From positions 34,577-98,576 of the forward strand of contig JAUMVB010000001.1 in NCBI GenBank assembly GCA_030530385.1: DNA of 64,000 bases. Direction: 5' to 3'. Source of the stretch: a bacterium. Its GTDB lineage: Bacteria; Patescibacteriota; Saccharimonadia; Saccharimonadales; Saccharimonadaceae. Position numbers and translations under genes: made by a program. The notes below the pieces were generated by a model that saw nothing but the letters and a program-made list of their open reading frames with translations, was not told the DNA's origin and did not search any database. Below, in pieces: positions 38,521 through 48,050 of this stretch; position 1 is the first letter of the stretch; every line of letters begins with the position of its first letter.

Positions 38521-39057
38521 CTATCGTGCAATTCTGCTAATTTCTTGAGCTAATTTTTTAAAGTCAAAATTATTATAGAAAGCAAACTGATCCCTATCTT
38601 CAGCAATCATCTCGGACAATTCATTCAGAGCAATTAGTTTCACATCTGAGATCTCGCTATTTTCAATTTTTAAATCCTCTAAACTAAAATCTGCAATTGC
38701 CCAAAAAATCTGCGTAAAACGCCGTTTCCCTTTGCTAGTCTCAGTAAAAATCTTTTCACTATAATGAATATCATCAGGCGATAGCTCAAGACCAATCTCC
38801 TCTTTAGTCTCACGAATTATAGCTTCGATGTATGTCTCACCAAAATTAACATGACCAGCCACGCTAGCTAAATCCCATTTGCCAGGGGAAGTTTGTTTTG
38901 TTTCGGCTCGTTTCTGGATCAATATTCTGCCATCTAAATCAAACAAAAAAAGAGAAGTTGTACGATAGATTCTGCCTGTAGATTTATCGAAAGAGTTCTT
39001 CTCTACACGGTCAACCACATTATCATTTTCATCAACGATTGGAATAATTTCACCCAC
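38521..39057 (-). CDS. NUDIX hydrolase
   Basis: Nudix box GHVNFGETYIEAIIRETKEEIGL. Confidence 0.8.
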   Translation of the reverse strand: MGEIIPIVDENDNVVDRVEKNSFDKSTGRIYRTTSLFLFDLDGRILIQKRAETKQTSPGKWDLASVAGHVNFGETYIEAIIRETKEEIGLELSPDDIHYSEKIFTETSKGKRRFTQIFWAIADFSLEDLKIENSEISDVKLIALNELSEMIAEDRDQFAFYNNFDFKKLAQEISRIAR

Positions 39058-40364
39058 TATACTTCATCCTCTTCAAAATTTGAAAAAGTTTCAAAAAAAT
39101 CGTTCTTCTCACAAACCCACTTCTCATCTTGGCGGACTAATTTCGAAATATCGCTTTTATCTTTTAGCAAAATTTTTGTAGCTTCTTCAAGGAAAATTCC
39201 ACCTTGAGATCCTTTCAATAAAATGGCGCAACCTTTCTCCATAACTTTTCGCGCAAAAGTGGCCGCCTCTATAGCATTTGCACAAGTTTTTACCTGACAG
39301 CCTCTATTGCGAGCTGCAGCAGCAAGAAACTGGTTTGCTTTATCCCCAACTGTAATAACCCAAGACAAAGATAGTGGATCGCAAAAATTACCAATTTTTT
39401 GGTGTTCAACCGCAGAAATAGCGCCCAATTCGTTCATATCACCCAAAATAGCTATACGCGATGGTACATGGAGATTATAAAGCGTTCGAAGAGCCGCCTC
39501 CGCAGCCGCCGGACTCGAATTATAGGTATCATCAATCAGAATAGAATCTTCTACTCCGCGCAGAAAATTCATCCTTCCAAATACAGGTTGGATTTTTGCA
39601 AGGCCAGAAATAATCTCATCGGAAGCCAAGCCCATCTTCGCTGCCACAGCTACCGCAGAGGTTACAGGCAAAAGTGAATGCTCTCCAAAGACTTTAATCT
39701 TGACTGGAATCTGACCGAATTCAGCTGTATTCATTTTTCCTATATAACCCTCAACAAGGTTTAAATCATCAACTTCAAAACTATACTCTGCCGAAACAGT
39801 TGTACCATAAGTTGAAAAATTAGGATTGGTGATTAAATTTGAATATTCTGAGCTAATAGCATCCCTATTCAATATTGCAATTTTTGCAAAATTCGCTGCA
39901 GACAATTCCTCTCGAGCAACAGCATTCATATTTTCGAAAAACTCCATATGCTCAGGTGTCACCGCTGTAATAACAGCAATATCGGGTAAAAGATAGTCGC
40001 TAAATCTCTCAATATCACCCGGCCGATCTGTTCCTAATTCTTGAATAATCACTTGTGGTTCATTCTCAAATGGAGATTTGATTCTTTTTCGAGCAGCCTT
40101 AAAGACTTTATGCCACTCCCAAAAACTACGCGGATTACCAGGATAATCAATCCCTAAAATAGCAATTGGTGCGCTAAGATGAGTGTTATGATTACCCGTA
40201 TGCAACCTAACTCGATATTTTTCGTTCAAAAGTGTGGCAATTGCTAATTTAGAACTAGTTTTTCCAACCGACCCTGCCACTACAATCAGTTTTATATTCT
40301 GGTGCTGCTTGAAATATTTCTTAACATATTTTTCAAGCTTTTTAGTAATTCGCTTCTTAAACAT
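39057..40364 (-). CDS. murF: Mur ligase family protein, MurF-like (UDP-MurNAc-tripeptide--D-Ala-D-Ala ligase), apparently lacking the N-terminal domain 1
   Basis: The P-loop VVAGSVGKTSSK begins at residue ~31. LIDDTYNSSP matches the MurF DDSYNANP motif. A C-terminal Mur ligase domain is present. Confidence 0.55.
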   Translation of the reverse strand: MFKKRITKKLEKYVKKYFKQHQNIKLIVVAGSVGKTSSKLAIATLLNEKYRVRLHTGNHNTHLSAPIAILGIDYPGNPRSFWEWHKVFKAARKRIKSPFENEPQVIIQELGTDRPGDIERFSDYLLPDIAVITAVTPEHMEFFENMNAVAREELSAANFAKIAILNRDAISSEYSNLITNPNFSTYGTTVSAEYSFEVDDLNLVEGYIGKMNTAEFGQIPVKIKVFGEHSLLPVTSAVAVAAKMGLASDEIISGLAKIQPVFGRMNFLRGVEDSILIDDTYNSSPAAAEAALRTLYNLHVPSRIAILGDMNELGAISAVEHQKIGNFCDPLSLSWVITVGDKANQFLAAAARNRGCQVKTCANAIEAATFARKVMEKGCAILLKGSQGGIFLEEATKILLKDKSDISKLVRQDEKWVCEKNDFFETFSNFEEDEV

Positions 40365-40574
40365 AATCTTTTTAAATTATACTAAATAACCGGCTCCTTT
40401 TCAAGAGTCGGCTATTTTGCTGATGTGCGCCCACCCAGGGGCGTTTGTTTTATTTGTTTTTATTTAATAAGTGCTATTTAGGAGATGAATAAGAACAATC
40501 GCCCTATTGTTAGCACATCAACTATGCTCTTATAATAGCATAAGTATTTTAATATAGCAATAGTTTTTGATGAA

Positions 40575-41387
40575 TTATAAAAATGGTTTATATTTTGATA
40601 TCTGTTCACTTAGTTCATCTGTCAAAAATGTCTTATCGGCGATAAACTCCTCCCAGTCTTCAATAATCTGGATATCTTCACCACCCAAATTCAATACTCT
40701 TCGCCAAGTAAAATTATCACGAACATCGCTACTATTATAAGGATTCACACGAGAATATTCAATTAAACCAAGATTTGGTACATCATACTTACGATTGTCA
40801 TAAATTTTATCCCAATCTTCAGGAAGCATTTTTTCAATATCATAACAAGCTGTCTGGATTAGCTGCTTATGCGCCACAATCAGAACGTTCTCTCCTGAAT
40901 GCTTTTGCCACAACTTAGAGCGAAAGGATTTAAATCGAGTATAAACATCAAAAAGACTCTCTCCGCCATCATATCTGATATACCATGGATCATCATTCGC
41001 TAAACGAGCTGTTAATGGAAAGTGCGATCTCTGTTCCTGACGACTAACCACCCCATAAATACCCCAGATTCGTTCGCTCAATCTGTCATCAATTCGCCAA
41101 CGCAAATTAGTCTCACCACTTATTTTAACAGCTGTTTCTCGCGCACGAACAAACGGCGAAACATATAATTTATCAAAAAAATCCATTCCGCCATATATAC
41201 TTCGTAGATGATGAGCTGCATTTTCTGCCTGCTCACGCCCAAGTGGGCTTAGTCGTTGTTTCCAATCAACTCGAGTATTAATTTCATCTTCTAATTTAAA
41301 TTTTCCACCAATTTTCTGATGCTGCTGAACAATATTAGATTCACTTTGACCGTGTCTAATCATCACTAGCCGTAAAGGATTTGCCAT
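40575..41387 (-). CDS. Histidine phosphatase superfamily protein (phosphoglycerate-mutase-like)
   Basis: An N-terminal LVMIRHGQSESN (RHG catalytic motif) and a downstream His in LIVAHKQL. Confidence 0.7.
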   Translation of the reverse strand: MANPLRLVMIRHGQSESNIVQQHQKIGGKFKLEDEINTRVDWKQRLSPLGREQAENAAHHLRSIYGGMDFFDKLYVSPFVRARETAVKISGETNLRWRIDDRLSERIWGIYGVVSRQEQRSHFPLTARLANDDPWYIRYDGGESLFDVYTRFKSFRSKLWQKHSGENVLIVAHKQLIQTACYDIEKMLPEDWDKIYDNRKYDVPNLGLIEYSRVNPYNSSDVRDNFTWRRVLNLGGEDIQIIEDWEEFIADKTFLTDELSEQISKYKPFL

Positions 41388-41482
41388 TTCTACCTTTCTT
41401 TATCAAAATCCTGTTCTTATAGATTTAAATTATAGCATAGCTTAAGCATTTATAAAAGTACTATTTACTATTACATAAAAAA

Positions 41483-41497
41483 TGTTATAATTAAGAA
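41483..41497 (+). promoter_or_regulatory. Extended -10 (TGtTATAAT) followed 6 nt later by the ATG (leaderless pattern)
   Basis: Read directly. There is no SD. Confidence 0.4.
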
Positions 41498-42313
41498 ATG
41501 AACTTAAAAGCTTGGCGGAAAAACCTACAGCATCATTTCGTCCAAATCAATAATATAAAAATTTCAATATATAAAAACATCCAAAAAAACAAACCGACCG
41601 CTGTGCTTCTCCATGGATTTGGAGGTAATTATTTCGGGCTTACGCCTCTAGGTTATGAGCTCTCTAAAAAATATTCAATAATCATATGTGATCTACCAGC
41701 GCATGGTAAAAGTTCACTCCACTCTTTCAGCAGTATCGATACTTACCATTCTTTTTATCAAGATCTTATCTCTGAACTTAAAAAAATAAACGAGATTGGT
41801 CTTGTAGTAGCTCATTCATTTGGATGCTATCTAGCAAGTGACCCAAAAATATCCAACCAAATACCTACCGTGCTACTAAATCCAGTCTATGATCCTAGTA
41901 GATCTTTCTTGTTTGGAATGAAGTCCTCTTATAGCTCTAGCCCTTTAATGATATTGTCAAACATACCGATATTTTCACCAATTAAAGCTGTTACACTTCA
42001 AAAAACATGGTCACTAGAAGCCAGTAAAAATATCTATCAAAATATATTTGCTTGTCAAAATTCAATTAAAAAATTACTTGCGCAGAAAAAAACTATACCA
42101 ATAGCACTAAACAATAACGCTTTCAAAAATAAAAATAATGTCAAATTAGTAATTATAGCAGATAACGACACAACCGTTAAACCTTTCCAAGAAAAGTCCT
42201 TTCGAACATTTTTTCCGAGTGCAGATTTTAAGATCATAGAAAAAAGTGGTCATTTACTGCCAATGGAAAAACCACGAGAAATTGCTAAAATTATTTTCGA
42301 AAATATTCAATAA
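41498..42313 (+). CDS. Alpha/beta-fold hydrolase
   Basis: An HGFGG oxyanion region, the nucleophile elbow VAHSFG, and a C-terminal His (GHLLPMEKP). Confidence 0.65.
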   Translation: MNLKAWRKNLQHHFVQINNIKISIYKNIQKNKPTAVLLHGFGGNYFGLTPLGYELSKKYSIIICDLPAHGKSSLHSFSSIDTYHSFYQDLISELKKINEIGLVVAHSFGCYLASDPKISNQIPTVLLNPVYDPSRSFLFGMKSSYSSSPLMILSNIPIFSPIKAVTLQKTWSLEASKNIYQNIFACQNSIKKLLAQKKTIPIALNNNAFKNKNNVKLVIIADNDTTVKPFQEKSFRTFFPSADFKIIEKSGHLLPMEKPREIAKIIFENIQ

Positions 42314-42338
42314 GCTCCGTTTATCACGAAGCTTATTT

Positions 42339-43796
42339 TTACATTGTTTCAATCTCTCGTAGAGAATTTTTAAGGCGTTTTATGCTTTCACTCTTACCGA
42401 TCGCTCGCAAAGTTTGATTTAAAGCTGGCGAAAATGGCGCCCAAGTTAGTGAAATCCGGATGATCTGGAACAGAATTCCCGGTTTCTGACCAGTCTTTTC
42501 AAGCAACCTATTTAACAATTCTTGGATTTTATCATCCTTCCACTCCTCAAGCTGTTCTAATTCAGAAATAACCAAACCCAAAAGCTCCATAATTTGCGAT
42601 TTTTCAAGTTTTTTGAGCTGCTTATTTTTTGAAATCATCTCTAAATCAACTTGCTGTTCAGCAAAGAAATATTCACTAGCGAGCGGAAGATCTTTAAGTG
42701 TTTTTAAGCGATCAAAAACTAGACTAAGAACTTCTTTTTTGTATTCTTCGCTAGCGTTCTTAGCATTTTCTCCCCAAAAATCTTGCACACGCTCAAATAA
42801 ATCTTCGAGAGAAATTTTGCGAATCCACTGGCCATTAAGCCACAAAAGTCGCTGTTCGTCAAACCTCGCACCAGATTTTTGCACACGGTCAAGAGAGAAT
42901 TTTTCAATTAGTTCTTCTTTAGTAAAAATCTCTTGTTCAGTACCATCATTCCATCCAAGTTGAGCCAAAAAATTCAGCATCGCCTCTGGTAAAATTCCGT
43001 CTGCTCGATATTCGCTAACACTTTTCGCTCCATCGCGCTTACCAAGTTTTTTATTACCTTCCGGCGCTAAGATATGCGGTAAATGAGCTAAAATTGGTGG
43101 TTGAATCTTGAGCGCCTCATACAACGAAAGATACTTTGGAGTGCTAGCAACGTATTCTGAGCCACGAATTACATGTGTAACTTTCATTTCGAAATCATCA
43201 ACAATGTGTGCAAAATTATAAGTTGGAAGGCCATCCGCTTTAATTAAAATAAAATCATCCAAAGCTTCTGGCCCAGCCGAAAGTTCACCCATTACAGCAT
43301 CATACCAAGTGTAGCGTTTAATTTCTGGCGTCTTAAAACGGAGTGGCATTCCAAGTTTCCATTCTGGTGGGTTTTCTGGGCGATGGTTGCGATATAAAAA
43401 TGCACGCTTTTCAGATTTAGCTTTTTTTCGAAATTCTTCAACTTCTTCTGGCGAATATGGGTCAGCGTAAGCTAAGCCTTTCTCAATCATTTTTTGCGCC
43501 CACTCAAGATATTTTTCACGACGTTGAGTTTGATGATATGGCCCAAAATCACCTTTTTCTTGATTTTTTTCGTTATAAACTGGGCCTTCATCCCAGTCTA
43601 GCCCAAGCCATTTTAAAGTATCAAGGATTAAATCTTCTGCACCATCAACAAATCGAGCTTGGTCGGTATCTTCAATTCGTAGAATAAAATCTCCACCAGT
43701 TTGTTTGGCGATTAAATAAGGGTAAAGTGCGCTTCGAACATTTCCAACATGAATATAACCAGTTGGACTTGGCGCAAAACGAGTTCTTGCTTTCAT
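42339..43796 (-). CDS. gltX: Glutamyl-tRNA synthetase (probably non-discriminating, given gatCAB)
   Basis: HIGH motif PSPTGYIHVGN, KMSKS-like KLGKRDG. 485 aa. Confidence 0.85.
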   Translation of the reverse strand: MKARTRFAPSPTGYIHVGNVRSALYPYLIAKQTGGDFILRIEDTDQARFVDGAEDLILDTLKWLGLDWDEGPVYNEKNQEKGDFGPYHQTQRREKYLEWAQKMIEKGLAYADPYSPEEVEEFRKKAKSEKRAFLYRNHRPENPPEWKLGMPLRFKTPEIKRYTWYDAVMGELSAGPEALDDFILIKADGLPTYNFAHIVDDFEMKVTHVIRGSEYVASTPKYLSLYEALKIQPPILAHLPHILAPEGNKKLGKRDGAKSVSEYRADGILPEAMLNFLAQLGWNDGTEQEIFTKEELIEKFSLDRVQKSGARFDEQRLLWLNGQWIRKISLEDLFERVQDFWGENAKNASEEYKKEVLSLVFDRLKTLKDLPLASEYFFAEQQVDLEMISKNKQLKKLEKSQIMELLGLVISELEQLEEWKDDKIQELLNRLLEKTGQKPGILFQIIRISLTWAPFSPALNQTLRAIGKSESIKRLKNSLREIETM

Positions 43797-43834
43797 ATAT
43801 CTATATTAGCATTTTTTGGCTTTTTTTCAATTAG

Positions 43835-44845
43835 TTAAAAGCTACTGGCAATCTTTCCGATATCTTCATTAGAAAGATTACTGTTAGCTTCAATATTATA
43901 AATAATTCCATTATTAACCCAAGTGGCCTCATTATTTCTATTTTTATAAATAGTTAATCCTTTTTCCTGATACGTAGAATAATCACGATCCCATTTATCC
44001 TGAACGTAATTTTCAAGTAGCGCTACACTATCCCACGAAGTCTGAGCTTGTTTTATCTTGTAGAATTTTTCACCATTAATATATTTTAAATTAACACTAT
44101 TTCCGTCAAAATAGGCCAGACCTTTTAGGCTGTAGCCTTTAGCAGAATATTGAGGAAGGCTAGCATTAACACCGGACTGAATAGCAGCCACCCTGATTGA
44201 TAAATTCGGAGAATTTATATAAACAAAATACCCAAAGAATATAATCAAAAATGAACAGCTCGCTACAAAGCCTACAGCTCGCTTCGAAAACCAACTCTTT
44301 TTTTGAACACCACGAATCTTTTTTATGTTTTTAGAATTATCTTGTGATTTTTCAAGAGCTGTAGCTATAGCGTTTTTTTTAATCTCTTGCGGTGTTTGAA
44401 ATCTTTTAGTGATCTTTTGCTCGCGCATTGCCACAAGAGCTTTTTGATGAATTGGATTTTCCTGAACAGGAAGAATGGGATCTTCATCTACAGTTTTACT
44501 GATTATTTTATTCTGCGAAGATATAGGAGAAATCATACGCCCAGCCGATCCACGGACGCCCTCAAACTTAGAAATTCGGGTATGAGACTCATTACCAGAT
44601 CTAAGAATAGCCGACTTACGTGCCTCAATATAATTATGACGCATCTTAAATTGCTCAATAGCATGAGCTTGAGATAAACCTATATCATTAGGTCTCTTAA
44701 CAAACTTCCGGCTTAGGGTTGATGAATGCTGTAAATTATCGTGAATATTTTGTGCAGAATAAGCAGCTTGTTTATTTGAAATTTCAATTTTTTGTCCAGT
44801 TATAGCATCGTATTTGATACCATTTACTTCTATAATCTCTCTCAT
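43835..44845 (-). CDS. Hypothetical single-pass membrane protein (N-terminus inside, ~130-aa C-terminal extracytoplasmic domain)
   Basis: One TM helix (AVGFVASCSFLIIFFGYFVYI) and a GGAGA SD. Confidence 0.5.
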   Translation of the reverse strand: MREIIEVNGIKYDAITGQKIEISNKQAAYSAQNIHDNLQHSSTLSRKFVKRPNDIGLSQAHAIEQFKMRHNYIEARKSAILRSGNESHTRISKFEGVRGSAGRMISPISSQNKIISKTVDEDPILPVQENPIHQKALVAMREQKITKRFQTPQEIKKNAIATALEKSQDNSKNIKKIRGVQKKSWFSKRAVGFVASCSFLIIFFGYFVYINSPNLSIRVAAIQSGVNASLPQYSAKGYSLKGLAYFDGNSVNLKYINGEKFYKIKQAQTSWDSVALLENYVQDKWDRDYSTYQEKGLTIYKNRNNEATWVNNGIIYNIEANSNLSNEDIGKIASSF

Positions 44846-44869
44846 TTTCTCTCCATTTAGCTTATGTAT

Positions 44870-44898
44870 ATCATACCGTAAATGGTTATTTTTTTCAA
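44870..44898 (-). promoter_or_regulatory. Putative promoter: TTGAAA, 17 nt, TATGAT (minus strand)
   Basis: Reverse-complement reading gives TTGAAAaaaataaccatttacggTATGAT, ~25 nt upstream of the ATG at 44845. Confidence 0.45.
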
Positions 44899-45009
44899 GA
44901 ATTTAATCGCTAAATAAAAACCTATAGCGGATGCTTTCGCTTTGTTTATTTTTTAATACGCATCTACTATAATAACAAGGCAGGAGAAGATGACGAAAAC
45001 ATCATAGAA

Positions 45010-45048
45010 TAATTAAAACCAAAAGACGACCCCTATTAAGCCGTCTTT
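45010..45048 (-). terminator. Putative eno terminator
   Basis: Stem aaagacg/cgtcttt with a 13-nt loop, followed on the minus strand by a U-rich stretch (uugguuuuaauu). Confidence 0.4.
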
Positions 45049-45118
45049 AGTCTAATCACAGAATGTATAAACTCAAATCTGTCTAAATTTATCAAATTTG
45101 TATACTATGTTAATTATG

Positions 45119-46396
45119 TTACTTATTAAATGGTTTCGCAAGTTCAAGCTCTGGGTGAGCTTCTGCAATACGCATCAGCTCATTATATTTCGCAACTCGA
45201 TCAGTTCGTGAAAGTGAACCAGTTTTAATTTGTCCACAGCCCAATCCTACCGCTAAATGCGCAATTGTCACGTCTTCAGTTTCACCTGAGCGGTGGCTCA
45301 TAACAGTATTGTAGCCGTTATTTTGTGCTAATTTTACAGCTTCGATTGTTTCTGTCAAAGAGCCGATCTGGTTTGGTTTAATAAGAATTGCGTTCGCAAC
45401 GCCTAAATCAATTGATTTTTGAAGAAGTTTTGAGTTTGTTACCATCAGGTCGTCACCAACAAGCTGAATTTTTGAACCGAGTCGCTCAGTTAATGTCTTC
45501 CATCCATCCCAGTCATTTTCAGCTAAACCATCTTCGATCGAAACGAAAGGATATTTCGAAGTTAGATTTTCATAAAACTCAATCATTTCTTCGCTAGAAA
45601 GAACTGCATTATTAGCTTTCAAATCATATTTTTCTTCTTTATAGAATTCACTTGAAGCTGGGTCTGAGGCAAAGGCGATATCTTTACCAAGTTCGTATCC
45701 AGCGTCTTTAATGGCTTCTGAAATCAATTCGAGTGGTTCTTCATTACCATTTTGAACTTTTGGAGCATAACCACCTTCGTCGCCAACAGTTGTTGGGTAA
45801 TTTTTAGTTTTCAAAACTTTTGCTAAAGCGTGGAAAGTTTCTGCACCCATTTGAACTGCTTCGAAAATAGTTTTTGCACCAACTGGCATAATCATATACT
45901 CTTGAATATCAGTTGCCCAGCCAGCATGTGCGCCACCATTCATCACATTCATCATAGGAAGCGGAAGGTTCGGTGTTGAATTTGTTCTTTCGGCGATATA
46001 TTGCCAAAGTTCTACACCTTTCGCATTTGCAACAGCTTTTGCAGTAGCAAGTGAAACCGCTAGGATTGCATTTGCTCCAAGGGAAGATTTATTTTCTGTA
46101 CCATCAAGTTCAATCATGATTTTATCGATTACCTCTTGATCTTCGGCGTTCTTACCGATTAGGGCTTCACGAATTTGATTATTTACAGATGAAACAGCTT
46201 TTGTTACAGCTTTTCCACCAAAAGCTGAACCGCCGTCGCGAAGTTCAAGAGCTTCACCTGAACCTGTTGATGCTCCACTTGGAACCGCTGCTCGGCCAAA
46301 AGCTCCGTTTTCTAAAATTACATCCGCCTCAACTGTTGGGTTGCCACGGGAGTCTAAAATTTGTCGTCCTTTGATATCTTTAATTATGTATTCCAT
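45119..46396 (-). CDS. eno: Enolase
   Basis: Canonical enolase sequence throughout (SGETED, the KPNQIGS region). Confidence 0.95.
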   Translation of the reverse strand: MEYIIKDIKGRQILDSRGNPTVEADVILENGAFGRAAVPSGASTGSGEALELRDGGSAFGGKAVTKAVSSVNNQIREALIGKNAEDQEVIDKIMIELDGTENKSSLGANAILAVSLATAKAVANAKGVELWQYIAERTNSTPNLPLPMMNVMNGGAHAGWATDIQEYMIMPVGAKTIFEAVQMGAETFHALAKVLKTKNYPTTVGDEGGYAPKVQNGNEEPLELISEAIKDAGYELGKDIAFASDPASSEFYKEEKYDLKANNAVLSSEEMIEFYENLTSKYPFVSIEDGLAENDWDGWKTLTERLGSKIQLVGDDLMVTNSKLLQKSIDLGVANAILIKPNQIGSLTETIEAVKLAQNNGYNTVMSHRSGETEDVTIAHLAVGLGCGQIKTGSLSRTDRVAKYNELMRIAEAHPELELAKPFNK

Positions 46397-46506
46397 AGTT
46401 ATATTTTACATCTTTTCATGCCACCATTCAAGACTTTAGCATTTTATTCTAATAGAAATCAAACAGTTAAATATGTCTAGTAGTTTATACCATACAAAAC
46501 AATAAG

Positions 46507-47853
46507 CTAGCTCCAATCCCAAGTGAATAATCTCTCAAAAAATGTTTTTGAATTTCTAGGTAGCTCTACAGCAGAACTACTTTCTTCAGCCGTATTTTCA
46601 GCTTGCTTATTCGACTCTGGATCTGGAGAAACCTGCTCCGCAAAAACTAATAACCTCTTATTCGCCGTACCTAATGGCGTGCAAGTAATTAGTGTTAACC
46701 AAGATTTTCCATCATTTTTTATAACCTTCGAAACCTCAGTCGGCAGAACCACTTCAGTCTCTCGTACCACATATGAATATCGAGTTCCATTATAATTAGC
46801 ATAAATCACGTCACCTTTTTCAAGTTTTTCAAGTTGCGCAAAAATAAACTTATATGCTCCCGTATCAAAAACATCATTACTCGAATGACCGCTCAAAACA
46901 ACATTTCCAGCTTGCCCAGGAACACTATTCGCACCAGGCACTGCAAAATGTGCCACACCACGATTCATTGCATCAAGCTGGGATTTTTTATCATTCCCAA
47001 CCCCATATACTACCGGCACATCCACATTGATCTTGGGAATAATTAATTTTGGATCATTACCAACAGATACGGTAGAATTTGGGGTCTGGATTGTTTCTTG
47101 AGCAGTAGCATTCCCAGGGCTAACATAAGCTTCGACAGTAGCAAAAATAAGTCGATTATACTGCAAAAATAGGAATATAGCCACAACTAAACCAGTAGAT
47201 ACGATAGGCATAAAATGACGAGATTTTCTAATCTTTTGACTTTTTTCTCTAGCTTTATCAGCAATATTTTGTCGCAATTTTATTAATGCTCGTTTTTGTC
47301 GCTGATCTTCACTTAAATTTTCGATAAGCTCTGGCTGAATGTTGGCTACTGCCTTCTTTTGCTGATTAAGGGCTGCTGTATAATAACTTTCGTAATATTT
47401 TTGATAATAATTTTGCCAAGCCGCATGATATCGTCTCCACTGATCCTGAGCTGCACTATTAGTTTGCGCTGGGTGATTTTTAGCTTGTGTAGACACAGGA
47501 GAATATTCAACCGCTCCTTGCTGCTTCGGGGTTGCCGAATCAAGAGACGAGATTATCTTTTTCGAGTCTCCAATGTAATTTTCGGGAGAATTAAGTGAGT
47601 TTTGCATATTAGAATTATAAACGTGTTCTAATTTAGAATTTTGACTCTTAATATCACCTTGAAGCACTTCACTATCTAAAATTGGGCTAGTCTGTGGGGT
47701 TTTATAGTCTGTTTTTCCAGCGTAAATCTGATTAACTTTTTCTCGCCTATAATTAATCATAGCTTGACGCTGAGAATCAGTAAGCTGAGTACTTCGTCTA
47801 GGCGGTATTTTTAAACCTTGATTTTGTGACTGAAGATTATTTTCGTTATCCAT
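46507..47853 (-). CDS. Sortase-family transpeptidase with a long Q/N/S-rich N-terminal cytoplasmic region and one TM helix
   Basis: C-terminal catalytic motifs: His in LSGHSS, TLITCTP (TLxTC), and a downstream Arg. The start was placed at ATG 47853 (MDNENN) rather than the track's 47919. Confidence 0.7.
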   Translation of the reverse strand: MDNENNLQSQNQGLKIPPRRSTQLTDSQRQAMINYRREKVNQIYAGKTDYKTPQTSPILDSEVLQGDIKSQNSKLEHVYNSNMQNSLNSPENYIGDSKKIISSLDSATPKQQGAVEYSPVSTQAKNHPAQTNSAAQDQWRRYHAAWQNYYQKYYESYYTAALNQQKKAVANIQPELIENLSEDQRQKRALIKLRQNIADKAREKSQKIRKSRHFMPIVSTGLVVAIFLFLQYNRLIFATVEAYVSPGNATAQETIQTPNSTVSVGNDPKLIIPKINVDVPVVYGVGNDKKSQLDAMNRGVAHFAVPGANSVPGQAGNVVLSGHSSNDVFDTGAYKFIFAQLEKLEKGDVIYANYNGTRYSYVVRETEVVLPTEVSKVIKNDGKSWLTLITCTPLGTANKRLLVFAEQVSPDPESNKQAENTAEESSSAVELPRNSKTFFERLFTWDWS

Positions 47854-47858
47854 TTCTC

Positions 47859-47887
47859 TTGATTTTTCCTTATATCTATTATACAAT
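47859..47887 (+). promoter_or_regulatory. Putative tRNA-Leu promoter: TTGATT, 17 nt, TACAAT
   Basis: About 35 nt upstream of the mature tRNA 5' end. It is divergent from and abuts the sortase start. Confidence 0.5.
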
Positions 47888-47921
47888 AGATTCAGTTTTG
47901 AGTAAATAAGCAAAACCAAAA

Positions 47922-48008
47922 TGCCGTGGTGGTGGAATCGGTAGACACGCTAGACTCAAAATCTGGTGAGCATTAGCTCGTGCCGGTTCAAGTCCGGCCC
48001 ACGGTACC
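47922..48008 (+). tRNA. tRNA-Leu (anticodon CAA), type II with a long variable arm and a genomically encoded CCA
   Basis: Hand-folded. Acceptor stem GCCGTGG/CCACGGT (a G1-U72 wobble), anticodon stem-loop CTAGA-CTCAAAA-TCTGG, variable-arm stem GAGC/GCTC, T-arm GCCGG-TTCAAGT-CCGGC, discriminator A. Confidence 0.85.
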
Positions 48009-48012
48009 AACA

Positions 48013-48050
48013 AAATAACAGCTATTTATTAATTAGCTGTTATTTTGTTT
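48013..48050. terminator. Bidirectional intrinsic terminator for the tRNA and the convergent sodA
   Basis: A perfect 10-bp hairpin aataacagct/agctgttatt followed by a T-run. An A-run sits on the opposite side. Confidence 0.75.

Noticed and set aside
44960-45010. TATAAT followed by AGGAGAAG-ATG and a 5-codon mini-ORF (MTKTS) in the eno/hypothetical spacer
   Set aside because: The SD-to-ATG spacing is too short (2 nt) and the ORF is only 5 codons. It is probably a chance motif inside the eno terminator and downstream-promoter region.
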